A stretch of 64,000 nt of DNA from an uncultured Lachnospiraceae bacterium (lineage in GTDB: Bacteria > Bacillota > Clostridia > Lachnospirales > Lachnospiraceae), in contig CACXUY010000014.1 of NCBI GenBank assembly GCA_902770965.1, positions 1,841-65,840 of the forward strand, written 5' to 3'. The translations under genes and the position numbers were made by a program. Under the pieces are notes generated by a model. It searched no databases. It had not been told where the DNA came from and saw only the letters and a list, made by a program, of their open reading frames with translations. This document shows, piece after piece, positions 45,800 through 53,752 of the stretch (the first letter of the stretch is position 1; every line of letters begins with the position of its first letter).

Positions 45800-46367
45800 A
45801 TTTCCTCGCCTCCTGAAACATCAGACAGCTTATAACTTTTTCAGTCAAGAAGCAGAACTGATCTTCAAGCTTATCAGGCAAAAGCCTTTTGATTGTATCA
45901 TTTATCGCTTCGTCAGATTCTATATCTCCATACAATTCGCCAAGATAAGCTGTGATGGTTGTATTTGTTTTATCATTTGCAACTTTTCCGATAATGATTT
46001 CCGCACTAAATATTCTGGGGTCAATTCCTGGTTTTAGTTGCGTGGCAAGATGTTCTCGTCTGTTCTGCGCGATAAACCAGAGCCATTCTTTATTAGTTGT
46101 AGGAAATTCATAAAAATCTATTCCCTCTTTCGGTGCTTTGAATCTAAAGGATAAAACAAAACCAAAGTCTTGGTCCATCGGCAAATCGCCAGTATTTACT
46201 GCTTTTCGTATGGATGATTTAATAAAAAGCCGGGCTTGATTTAGGTTCGAAGTCAGATAAAAGCCCTTACCAAAATCCTTACCTTTATTGCACATCGAAA
46301 GGTCGATTGTCTCAACAGGGGCATAGCTTCCGTGAAACAGGAGCATGCCGTCTCTTAACTTGGTCAT
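45789..46367 (-). CDS. DUF3990-domain protein
   Basis: MTKLRDGMLLFHGSYAPVETIDLS...GKDFGKGFYLTS is a typical DUF3990 N-terminus. It has an ATGA overlap with the upstream DUF3791 gene. Confidence 0.6.
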   Translation of the reverse strand: MTKLRDGMLLFHGSYAPVETIDLSMCNKGKDFGKGFYLTSNLNQARLFIKSSIRKAVNTGDLPMDQDFGFVLSFRFKAPKEGIDFYEFPTTNKEWLWFIAQNRREHLATQLKPGIDPRIFSAEIIIGKVANDKTNTTITAYLGELYGDIESDEAINDTIKRLLPDKLEDQFCFLTEKVISCLMFQEARKYVI

Positions 46368-46576
46368 ACACATGCCCCCTTTTTCTGTAGAATGCGAACG
46401 ATACCATTGAGAATATACTCGTCACCGTTCATGTGAAGAACATCATAGCACTCTTCGATATATTTCCAGATGCCATAGTTTTCAAATAAGCGATTAGCGT
46501 CCGCAGGTTTCAAATTAAATTTACGAACGAAATCACTAAAAACCCTTGCTTCCATAAACAGTATCTCATTAACCAT
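46364..46576 (-). CDS. DUF3791-like small protein
   Basis: The start is MVNEILFMEARVFSDFVRKF, preceded by GGAGGA. The ORF-track N-terminal extension has no support. Confidence 0.55.
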   Translation of the reverse strand: MVNEILFMEARVFSDFVRKFNLKPADANRLFENYGIWKYIEECYDVLHMNGDEYILNGIVRILQKKGACV

Positions 46577-47087
46577 GACCGTATCCTCCGTAGAAAAGCA
46601 TAACATATTTATCTGATAACATAAAGAACGATTTTTACTGTTTACTAGAAGGTATTCCGGTATGAAGGGAAAAAAGGTGGTTTTCAGCGGGATCAAAGGA
46701 TCCTGCCGGTTTTCCGGAGTTGACCGTACCGCTCTTGCGTTGCTCGCCGTAGGCGAGTTGCTCCACATTGGAAAAAATAGCAGCTTTAGATTTGGACGTT
46801 ATACCATGCTGAGTCCTCGAGACTAGCTGGGCGAATCAAGGGCGAGCGGACGGCAGGGACTGTTCTGTTGTCCGCTTTTAAATCTGATACAAGATACAGG
46901 ATGTCCGCAAATAACACCAGAATATTGGTGGATTCTTGGTGAACATGGTGCCAATATATCAATAAAAAAACTAATCAGGTTAGAAAAAGTATAGCATGAC
47001 CGTGCAAAACATGGGCAGAAATTACTATATAGTTTGACAAATCGATATACAGAACAAAATAATTCAAAATTGTTCTGCAAATGCAAT

Positions 47088-47110
47088 GGTTCGATTCCCC
47101 TAGGGACTAT
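47088..47110 (+). repeat. right copy of 23-bp exact direct repeat (partial tRNA-Glu 3' end; att-like)
   Basis: GGTTCGATTCCCCTAGGGACTAT has no tRNA 5' half upstream. It is followed by a hairpin (AAAAAGACCTCTCAGCAGAGGTCTTTTT) similar to the one after the intact tRNA-Glu. Confidence 0.9.
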
Positions 47111-47388
47111 CTAAAGAAAAAGACCTCTCAGCAGAGGTCTTTTTCATTTTCGGAGGAGGGGTGAGTAATCCGGGCTCCGGGTACCAGCAATCCGCAAATG
47201 GATATCGATATACCGGAGTATGATATCGGGCGATTCAAAACATTCAGTCCGCCTAAGCGTACTTTTTATTCGCCAATGATACCATCCTGACATAGAATGA
47301 TGCCAGGCAATCAGTGCCTGCATTCAATCCTGAATCGCCTTATCAAGGATTGAGTGTTGAAAATAGAGGAAGTTCACATGTACCGGCA

Positions 47389-47417
47389 TTGACATTATAC
47401 CGGTTGACCGTTATAAT
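47389..47417 (+). promoter_or_regulatory. consensus sigma70 promoter upstream of the HTH/NTase pair
   Basis: TTGACA at 47389-47394, a 17-nt spacer, and TATAAT at 47412-47417. TACCGG(N)TTGAC direct repeats overlap the promoter and may be an operator. Confidence 0.6.
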
Positions 47418-47438
47418 GTTATGGAAGGCAGGTGAAGA

Positions 47439-48011
47439 ATGATGACCATCCGAGAGAAATTAAAAGATAAAAACATGTCTGTATACCGGCTTGCCAAAGC
47501 TAGCGAGCTTCCCTATGCGACTGTAAACGATATTTGCAGCGGCAAAGCGCAGCTGGAAAAATGCAGCGCCGAAACGATCTATAAGATTGCCAAAGCACTG
47601 GACGTTCCCATGGAGGAACTGCTTGCCCCCTGCTTCCTCAAACGCAGCAGTTTTGAAAACTTCAAAAGCAATATCTGCCACCGAGTCAAAGAGCTGGGCG
47701 ATATAGACTTTCTTATCGAAACGCTGGAGAGCCATGACATCCGGACCTATTATGAGCGGAAATGGTATCCTGAAAGCCTTTACCTCCTTGCCATGCTGGA
47801 CTATATCAGCCGGGAAAATGATGTTCCCCTTGTCAGCGAATACGACGACATCAGGCGGTGCAGGCTGGAAAAACCGGTTTATCCGGCCAGTCTCCGGGCT
47901 GTTTCAGCGGCGGCCAGAAGCGACGCCGCGCTGAAAGAGGCAGAGAAAACGGCGATCCCGGAGTTTATGCGGTTTAACATTATAGAAAGCGAAGTGCGAA
48001 ATGTCATCTGA
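47439..48011 (+). CDS. XRE-family HTH protein (putative antitoxin/regulator)
   Basis: The N-terminal HTH reads MSVYRLAKASELPYATVNDICSGK...TIYKIAKALDVPMEELL. The stop overlaps the next start by 11 nt. Confidence 0.65.
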   Translation: MMTIREKLKDKNMSVYRLAKASELPYATVNDICSGKAQLEKCSAETIYKIAKALDVPMEELLAPCFLKRSSFENFKSNICHRVKELGDIDFLIETLESHDIRTYYERKWYPESLYLLAMLDYISRENDVPLVSEYDDIRRCRLEKPVYPASLRAVSAAARSDAALKEAEKTAIPEFMRFNIIESEVRNVI

Positions 48012-48774
48012 ACGCAGCGTTGAGTTTACAAAAGACAATATTGACATCTACTTGAAAGAGGTTGCGAAGGAATACCGGAAACAGGTTGGGAAGGGAATGC
48101 CCGCCGAACTGATCCTGATCGGCGGTGCTTCCGTCCTGATCAATTACGGATTCAGAAATATGACCACCGATATAGACGCCTTGATCCGGGCGGCTTCCAG
48201 CATGAAGGATGCGATTAGCAGGGTTGGTGATCGTTTTGGCCTTCCCACCGGCTGGCTGAACGCCGACTTCAAGAACACGGACTCCTACACCCCGAAGCTC
48301 GAAGAGTTTTCCTCCTATTACAGAACCTATTCCAACGTACTGTCAATCCGTACCGTGAAAGCGGAATATCTGATTGCCATGAAACTGCGATCCGGCAGAC
48401 AGTATAAGAGTGACCTGTCCGATGTGCTGGGCATTCTGGCGGAACATGAAAAAAGAGGAACGCCTATCACGATGGAGCAGATACGAAAAGCCGTGACTGA
48501 CCTGTACGGCGACTGGACATCTCTTTCGGATGTGTCTCAGGCGTTTATAGAAAATGTCATGGCGGACGGACGGTTTGAACAGCTTTATGTGCAGACGGCC
48601 CAGGGTGAGAAGGAAACGAAGGAACTTCTGATCCGGTTTGAGAAGGACTATCCGGGCGTAACGAAGGAGTCCAATGTGGACGCTATCGTCGGTAATCTTC
48701 AAAAGAAAGCGGATAAAGCTTCCATCCTTGCCCAGCTTCGGCAAAAGAAGTCCAAAGGCATGGAGACAATTTAG
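48001..48774 (+). CDS. Pol-beta-fold nucleotidyltransferase-like protein (DUF6036/AbiEii-like), putative toxin
   Basis: LILIGGASVLINYGFRNMTTDIDAL matches the GG/GS-x(n)-DxD nucleotidyltransferase pattern. AEYLIAMKLRSGRQYKSDLSD is typical of this family. It is translationally coupled to the HTH gene. Confidence 0.55.
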   Translation: MSSERSVEFTKDNIDIYLKEVAKEYRKQVGKGMPAELILIGGASVLINYGFRNMTTDIDALIRAASSMKDAISRVGDRFGLPTGWLNADFKNTDSYTPKLEEFSSYYRTYSNVLSIRTVKAEYLIAMKLRSGRQYKSDLSDVLGILAEHEKRGTPITMEQIRKAVTDLYGDWTSLSDVSQAFIENVMADGRFEQLYVQTAQGEKETKELLIRFEKDYPGVTKESNVDAIVGNLQKKADKASILAQLRQKKSKGMETI

Positions 48775-48957
48775 GAGAAGAACCCGCGAAAGAGGAATGA
48801 CCGGGAAAGATAACCGAATATTGAGCTTGATACTAGATCGGGCCGGGAATGTTCAGACCGGAATATTCAGAGGGGTGACTCACCCCTCCTCGAGATATTT
48901 TATGATGCCGTCTGCGGAGATCTTGGCCTGGCAGACGATGAAAGATTTCTTTAAGCT

Positions 48958-49527
48958 GAAAAACCTCCTGATCCATCTCAGGAGGTTTTTTCTGATACCT
49001 TCTTATAGTAATCTCTAAAATAATCCGGTCCTTCTGCCCAAAGCGCTGAATCGAAATCGAGCAGGCATTCGTAAGCTTTTGATTCAAGAACGTCTTTTCT
49101 GATTTAGTCAATTGTTTTTCCGCTTTCGGCAGCCATGTCTTCAATAGCAAGGGTTAATGTCAAAGCAGCGCATGTGCTCATTGCGTCATATGACATATTT
49201 TTTCGCCTCCTCAAACATCAGACAACTGATAGCCTTTTCAGTCAAGAAGCAGAACTGATCTTCAAGCTTATCAGGCAAAAACCTTTTAATTGTAGTTTCC
49301 GTGAAACAGGAGCATGCCGTCTCTTAACTTGGTCATACACATGCCCCCTTTTTCTGTAGAATGCGAACGATATCATTGAGAATATACTCGTCACAGTTCA
49401 TGTGAAGAACATCATAGCACTCTTCGATATATTTCCAGATGCCATAGTTTTCAAATAAGCGATTAGCGTCCGTAGGTTTCAAATTAAACTTACGAACAAA
49501 ATCACTAAAAACCCTTGCTTCCATTTC
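48958..49527 (-). pseudogene. decayed second copy of the DUF3791-DUF3990-DUF3791 cassette
   Basis: It is collinear with 45561-46560 at high identity. The DUF3990 body is deleted, with a junction near 49295 leaving only MTKLRDGMLLFHG. The distal DUF3791 is disrupted, while the proximal DUF3791 (49333-49524) is nearly intact. Confidence 0.75.
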
Positions 49528-49603
49528 ATATTTTCATCCCATGAGGGCGGAAAAGTGAGCGTTAACCGGCCAGTCAGTGGCCGTTGATTTGTCAGTGATC
49601 GTC

Positions 49604-50791
49604 TTATAGCTTTCCGACAACAAATTCAAAGTATTCCTGGACTTCCTCATAGGTCTTAAAGCGTGCCATGTACACATAGCGTCCCATCTGCGGCCAGTCG
49701 ATGGGCGGCATTTCCTCCCATAGCACGATCTGATCGCCATAGCACTCCATGATTTCTTCATGAGAGCGCAGGTAGCTGTGCCCGTCTTTTCTCGCCGCAT
49801 ATGCGCAGTAGAACTGCTCGTCTGATTTGGGGACAAAGCGGTTGTCATCTGCGATCATATCGGCATATATCTTGAAGACATCGACCGAGTGAGCATAGTT
49901 CATCATGTCCGGGTCATGTCCGCCGGCGGGACGCATGTTTACCTCAAGCGCCACGAAATCGCCTGTTTCCCCGAGACCCTGACGAGGGCTTGCGAGCTTG
50001 AAGAACTCAAGATGCACGAAGCACTGGCGGACGCCGAAGGCTTTCACCGTCCTGCGCCCGAGGTCGCGAAGCTGCGGCGGCAGGTCGGGGCAGGTGTAAA
50101 ACGCGACGTCAAGATCGTCGAGGACAGCATCCATGACGGGCGCATAGGTGGCAGTCGACTCAAAAAGCGGTTCACAGTGTGAGTCAATGACGGCATCGTA
50201 GGTCCAGATATCGCCTTCTATGAACTCCTCCATGACATAGGATATGGAAGGCAGGGCATCGTAGAACGCCTCAAGCTCCGCGTCGTCCTTCAGCTTCCAG
50301 GTATCATTTGCTCCGACCCCTATGTTCGGCTTCACTATGACCGGATATCTAACCTCACGAATGAAGGCCCGGCCTGCCTCCCTGGTAGTCACCACATGCT
50401 GCCTGGCGGTAGGGATGCCTGCCTCGTGATAAATCTTCTTCATGAGAGCCTTTTCTTTGATGAAAGCGATCCTGTCGCTGCGGATTCCGATGGGGACATT
50501 GAAATCCGTGCGCAGCCTGGCATCAAGCTCCAGCCAATACTCGTTCAGTGACTCCAGAAAGTCGATCTTGCCGTATTTGAATGAGAAGAATGCCACGGCA
50601 CGGAAGACCTGATCATAATCCTCAAGCGAACTGACATAGTAATACTCGGTGAGAGCGGCCTTGAGCTGGTCGTCGAGGGAATCAAAAGGCGTGTCACCGA
50701 TACCGAACACCCTGATGCCGTTCTTGCTCAGACGATCACAGAAAGATGTGCCCGTATGCGGGAAGTTCGGGGAAATAAATACGTAATTCAA
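49604..50791 (-). CDS. ATP-grasp domain protein (carboxylate-amine ligase type)
   Basis: YPVIVKPNIGVGANDTWKL, EEFIEGD and the overall ATP-grasp layout. The substrate is unknown. Confidence 0.65.
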   Translation of the reverse strand: MNYVFISPNFPHTGTSFCDRLSKNGIRVFGIGDTPFDSLDDQLKAALTEYYYVSSLEDYDQVFRAVAFFSFKYGKIDFLESLNEYWLELDARLRTDFNVPIGIRSDRIAFIKEKALMKKIYHEAGIPTARQHVVTTREAGRAFIREVRYPVIVKPNIGVGANDTWKLKDDAELEAFYDALPSISYVMEEFIEGDIWTYDAVIDSHCEPLFESTATYAPVMDAVLDDLDVAFYTCPDLPPQLRDLGRRTVKAFGVRQCFVHLEFFKLASPRQGLGETGDFVALEVNMRPAGGHDPDMMNYAHSVDVFKIYADMIADDNRFVPKSDEQFYCAYAARKDGHSYLRSHEEIMECYGDQIVLWEEMPPIDWPQMGRYVYMARFKTYEEVQEYFEFVVGKL

Positions 50792-50834
50792 GGTATGACC
50801 TCCTTTTTTGCAAATATGTTTCTTGCAAAATGTG

Positions 50835-50910
50835 CTATTATTCAGCGCCTATCACCGCCCTGCAACGAGGGATGCGCAGCATCCTGAGTCTGAGGCGCTG
50901 AATAATTACC
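50835..50910 (+). repeat. dispersed inverted-repeat element, family 1 (full copy)
   Basis: CTATTATTCAGCGCCTATCACCGCCCTGCAACGAGGGATGCGCAGCATCCTGAGTCTGAGGCGCTGAATAATTACC. The termini are ATTATTCAGCGCC and GGCGCTGAATAAT. Confidence 0.85.
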
Positions 50911-51335
50911 AAAACATGAATAATATCATCAAAAATAACAGTGGCGTCTGACGATATTTGTGCTATAATAGCACGGTTATAAAAATGTAGTATTTAAAGG
51001 ATGGCTGCATTATCAATAATATCACACCTTGGTTAAGGAAGCACTGACAAAATCAATTATTATATATCCCAGTACTGCCAAAGAAGCGCAGACTCCATCA
51101 ACAAAATGAAAAAGCCTGCGTATGTCATGATAATAGGCGAACGGCTTATCTGGAATGGGTCTGAGATATATTGTCTGCTGATGGTCAGGGGGGTGGGGTA
51201 AGAAGCCGCACAGGAACATCTGCAGAACAGGAACATCTATAGAATCTGTTCAGTGGAGTATGCCGATCTTGGTATGTTGGCATGGAAGGCTTTTGATAAT
51301 GCCCGGCAGTTTTAGCAGAAAGAAGGCTGAAATTA

Positions 51336-52622
51336 ATGAAATCTATGGTTGCTGTTGCTATTGCACTGTTCGCCGGCTTGATGATGACGCGTTTGTTCAA
51401 AAAAATGAATCTGCGCTTCCCCGATGTAACGGCGTTTTTGCTGGCGGGACTGCTTGTGGGACCTTTTGGAATAGGGAAAATGGATCTTCCCGGGATAGGT
51501 TTTTCGAATTTTGCCGAAGTCGATGAACTGAACATCATAAAGCTCGCGGCTTTGGGCTTCATCGCATTTTCCATCGGCAAAGAGTTCGATCTCAAAGACC
51601 TGAAGAAGACGGGTAAGTCTGCCGCCGTCATCGGAGTATTTCAGGCCGTGGCAACGACTATTTGCGTCGATATCTTTCTTGTAGGTCTGCATCTTCTGCT
51701 GGGAGAAGACACCCTTCCGCTCGCCGTGGTGGTGACCCTGGGAGCCATCGCCGCTGCCACAGCCCCTGCCGCAACGCTTATGGTGGTGCGCCAGTACAAG
51801 GCGGATGGCCCGCTGACGAAGCTCCTCCTGCCCATAGTCGCCTTGGACGATGCCGTCGGCCTCGTCATTTTTGCCGTATCGCTTGGCATAGCGCAGGCGC
51901 TTGAAGGCGGTGCGGTAAGCATACTCTCTATATTAGTCGAACCCATGCTTGAGATCATCGGCTCCCTCGTTCTTGGAGCGGTCATGGGCTTGCTGCTCTC
52001 GCGCATAGAAAAAATGTTTTTTTCCAACACCAACCGGCTCAGCATCACCATAAGCTTCGTATTGTTCACCATAGCAATGGCATCCCTGTCATTTGAGCTG
52101 GGTGACATCACGCTGTCATTTTCTTGCCTGCTGGTGTGCATGGTCGCCGGGACGGTATTTTGCAATATCGGTGAGAACGCGGAGGAAATATTTGAGCGCT
52201 GTGACAAGTGGACGGCTCCGCTGTACGCTGTCTTTTTCGTCGTGTCCGGAGCGGAGCTTGATCTTGGCGTCTTCCTGCGCCCGACGGCACTGCTCATCGG
52301 CATCGTCTATGTCTTAGTCAGGGCAATTGGCAAATACCTAGGCGCGGGCCTGTCCAGCACGATGATGCAATGCGACGCGAATGTGAGGAAATACCTCGGC
52401 ATAACCTTGTTCCCTCAGGCCGGAGTCGCCCTCGGGATGGTCATTTCTGCCCAGACTCTAGGAGATGAAGCAGGGGCGCTCATCCGAAATGTCATCCTTT
52501 TTTCAGTGCTGATATACGAGCTGGTAGGTCCCTCGATGACCAGGTGGGCGCTTGATAAAGCAGGCGAGATCGGAGAGATTCCGGAGCACAAGAAATCACA
52601 TGAGAGGTTTAAGAAGAAATGA
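51336..52622 (+). CDS. cation:proton antiporter (CPA2 / Na+-H+ exchanger family)
   Basis: About 12 TM helices, with the N-terminal pattern LFAGLMMTRLFKKMNLRFPDVTAFLLAGLLVGPFG typical of Kef/NapA-type antiporters. Confidence 0.8.
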   Translation: MKSMVAVAIALFAGLMMTRLFKKMNLRFPDVTAFLLAGLLVGPFGIGKMDLPGIGFSNFAEVDELNIIKLAALGFIAFSIGKEFDLKDLKKTGKSAAVIGVFQAVATTICVDIFLVGLHLLLGEDTLPLAVVVTLGAIAAATAPAATLMVVRQYKADGPLTKLLLPIVALDDAVGLVIFAVSLGIAQALEGGAVSILSILVEPMLEIIGSLVLGAVMGLLLSRIEKMFFSNTNRLSITISFVLFTIAMASLSFELGDITLSFSCLLVCMVAGTVFCNIGENAEEIFERCDKWTAPLYAVFFVVSGAELDLGVFLRPTALLIGIVYVLVRAIGKYLGAGLSSTMMQCDANVRKYLGITLFPQAGVALGMVISAQTLGDEAGALIRNVILFSVLIYELVGPSMTRWALDKAGEIGEIPEHKKSHERFKKK

Positions 52623-52643
52623 ATGCTTGATCCATCCTTTCCT

Positions 52644-52661
52644 GGGGTGCTGAATAGTTAC
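52644..52661. repeat. half-site of family 1 repeat
   Basis: GGGGTGCTGAATAGTTAC matches one terminus only. Confidence 0.5.
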
Positions 52662-52890
52662 GATCATTATGGATAACCAAAACAGAAAACAAAAAGAATA
52701 AAACATTTGTAGATAGTATGAAGATCACGTGGGATAGCGTACCATGTGCCCCCGATTAGTACACTACAGAAATAGTTTTACAAAGCGATTGTTATATGGT
52801 ATTATGCTTTTGTCACCACGGCTGCCAGTTAGCGATGTCTTTATATGCTGTCGTAATATGGATAAGACGTTATCGCAGCCGATATTGTAA

Positions 52891-53582
52891 TTGACGCGCT
52901 TCGGCGATATACTAACACCGAAGGCGTGGGACGGAGGAAAGAACATGCACAATACCACGAATACCGCACCCTACACGATAAAGCCAGCAGATATAGCAGC
53001 CGAGGTCAACGGCACAACGTCCGCAGTCGGCAGCGCAACCGCTGCCACGACTGGCAGCGCAACCACCATAGCCAATAGCACCACGGTCACAGGTACAAGC
53101 ATTGCGCATAAGGGCGTGACCACTGCCGCAGTTGGCGGCAGTTCCAAGGTGAACGAAAAGATCAAGGACAGGCTGTTTAAGTTCGTTTTCGGCAATCCGG
53201 ACAACAAAGAGTGGACGCTGAGTCTCTTGATGTAGCGATAAATGAAATGCCGGATGATTTTGTCATCAAGCCTTTCATCATTCTTCACAGAGCGGAGGTA
53301 AAGCACATGTGTATCACGGAATATGACGAGGAACGAACTCTGGCGGAAATGAAAGAAGACGGCAGAAAAGAAGGAAGAGCAGAAGGAAGAGAAGAAGGAA
53401 GAGCAGAAGGAAGAGCAGAAGGAAGAGCAGAAGGAAGAGCAGAAGGAAGAGCAGAACTCGCTGAATTGATATCCGTGCTTCTTGATCAGGGCAGGATAGA
53501 GGATGCCAAGCGTCTGGCCAAGGATATAGAGTTCAGGGACGGTCTTTTAGCGGAGTTCGGCATAGGCACTGCAAACGGTTAA
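52891..53582 (+). pseudogene. Rpn-family (PD-(D/E)XK, transposase_31-like) gene with an internal deletion or frameshift
   Basis: The N-terminal fragment has KDRLFKFVFGNPDNKEWTLSLL. The second frame (53211-53582) has the typical C-terminal tail with EGRAEGR repeats and LISVLLDQGRIEDAKRLA. The nuclease core is missing. Confidence 0.45.
53370..53453 (+). repeat. 7 x 12-bp tandem repeat (GAAGGAAGAGCA) encoding (EGRA)n
   Basis: Direct reading; one unit differs by one base (GAA for GCA). Confidence 0.9.
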
Positions 53583-53752
53583 AGTTGTGTGAATTTCCAT
53601 ATCAATATGCTTTAAAGTTGAGATTCTTTTGCTATAATATTTATTAGCGATACATATAGGATCAGGGCTTTAGCATGCATTTATAGTTTACGTTTTTAAG
53701 CTCATCCTTTATTACTCATGGTTAAAGCTAATATTATCAAAGGAGGAAAACT

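Noticed and set aside
35441-47087. Search for an integrase or recombinase inside the tRNA-Glu-bracketed segment
   Set aside because: No ORF has tyrosine-recombinase (R..HxxR..Y) or serine-recombinase features. A 54-codon ORF at 46661-46825 (MKGKKVVFSGIKGS...) is too short and unrecognisable to call.
48833-49150. 105-aa minus-strand ORF at the edge of the decayed cassette
   Set aside because: It reads across the terminator hairpin and the disrupted DUF3791 copy in the wrong frame. It is an artefact of pseudogenisation.
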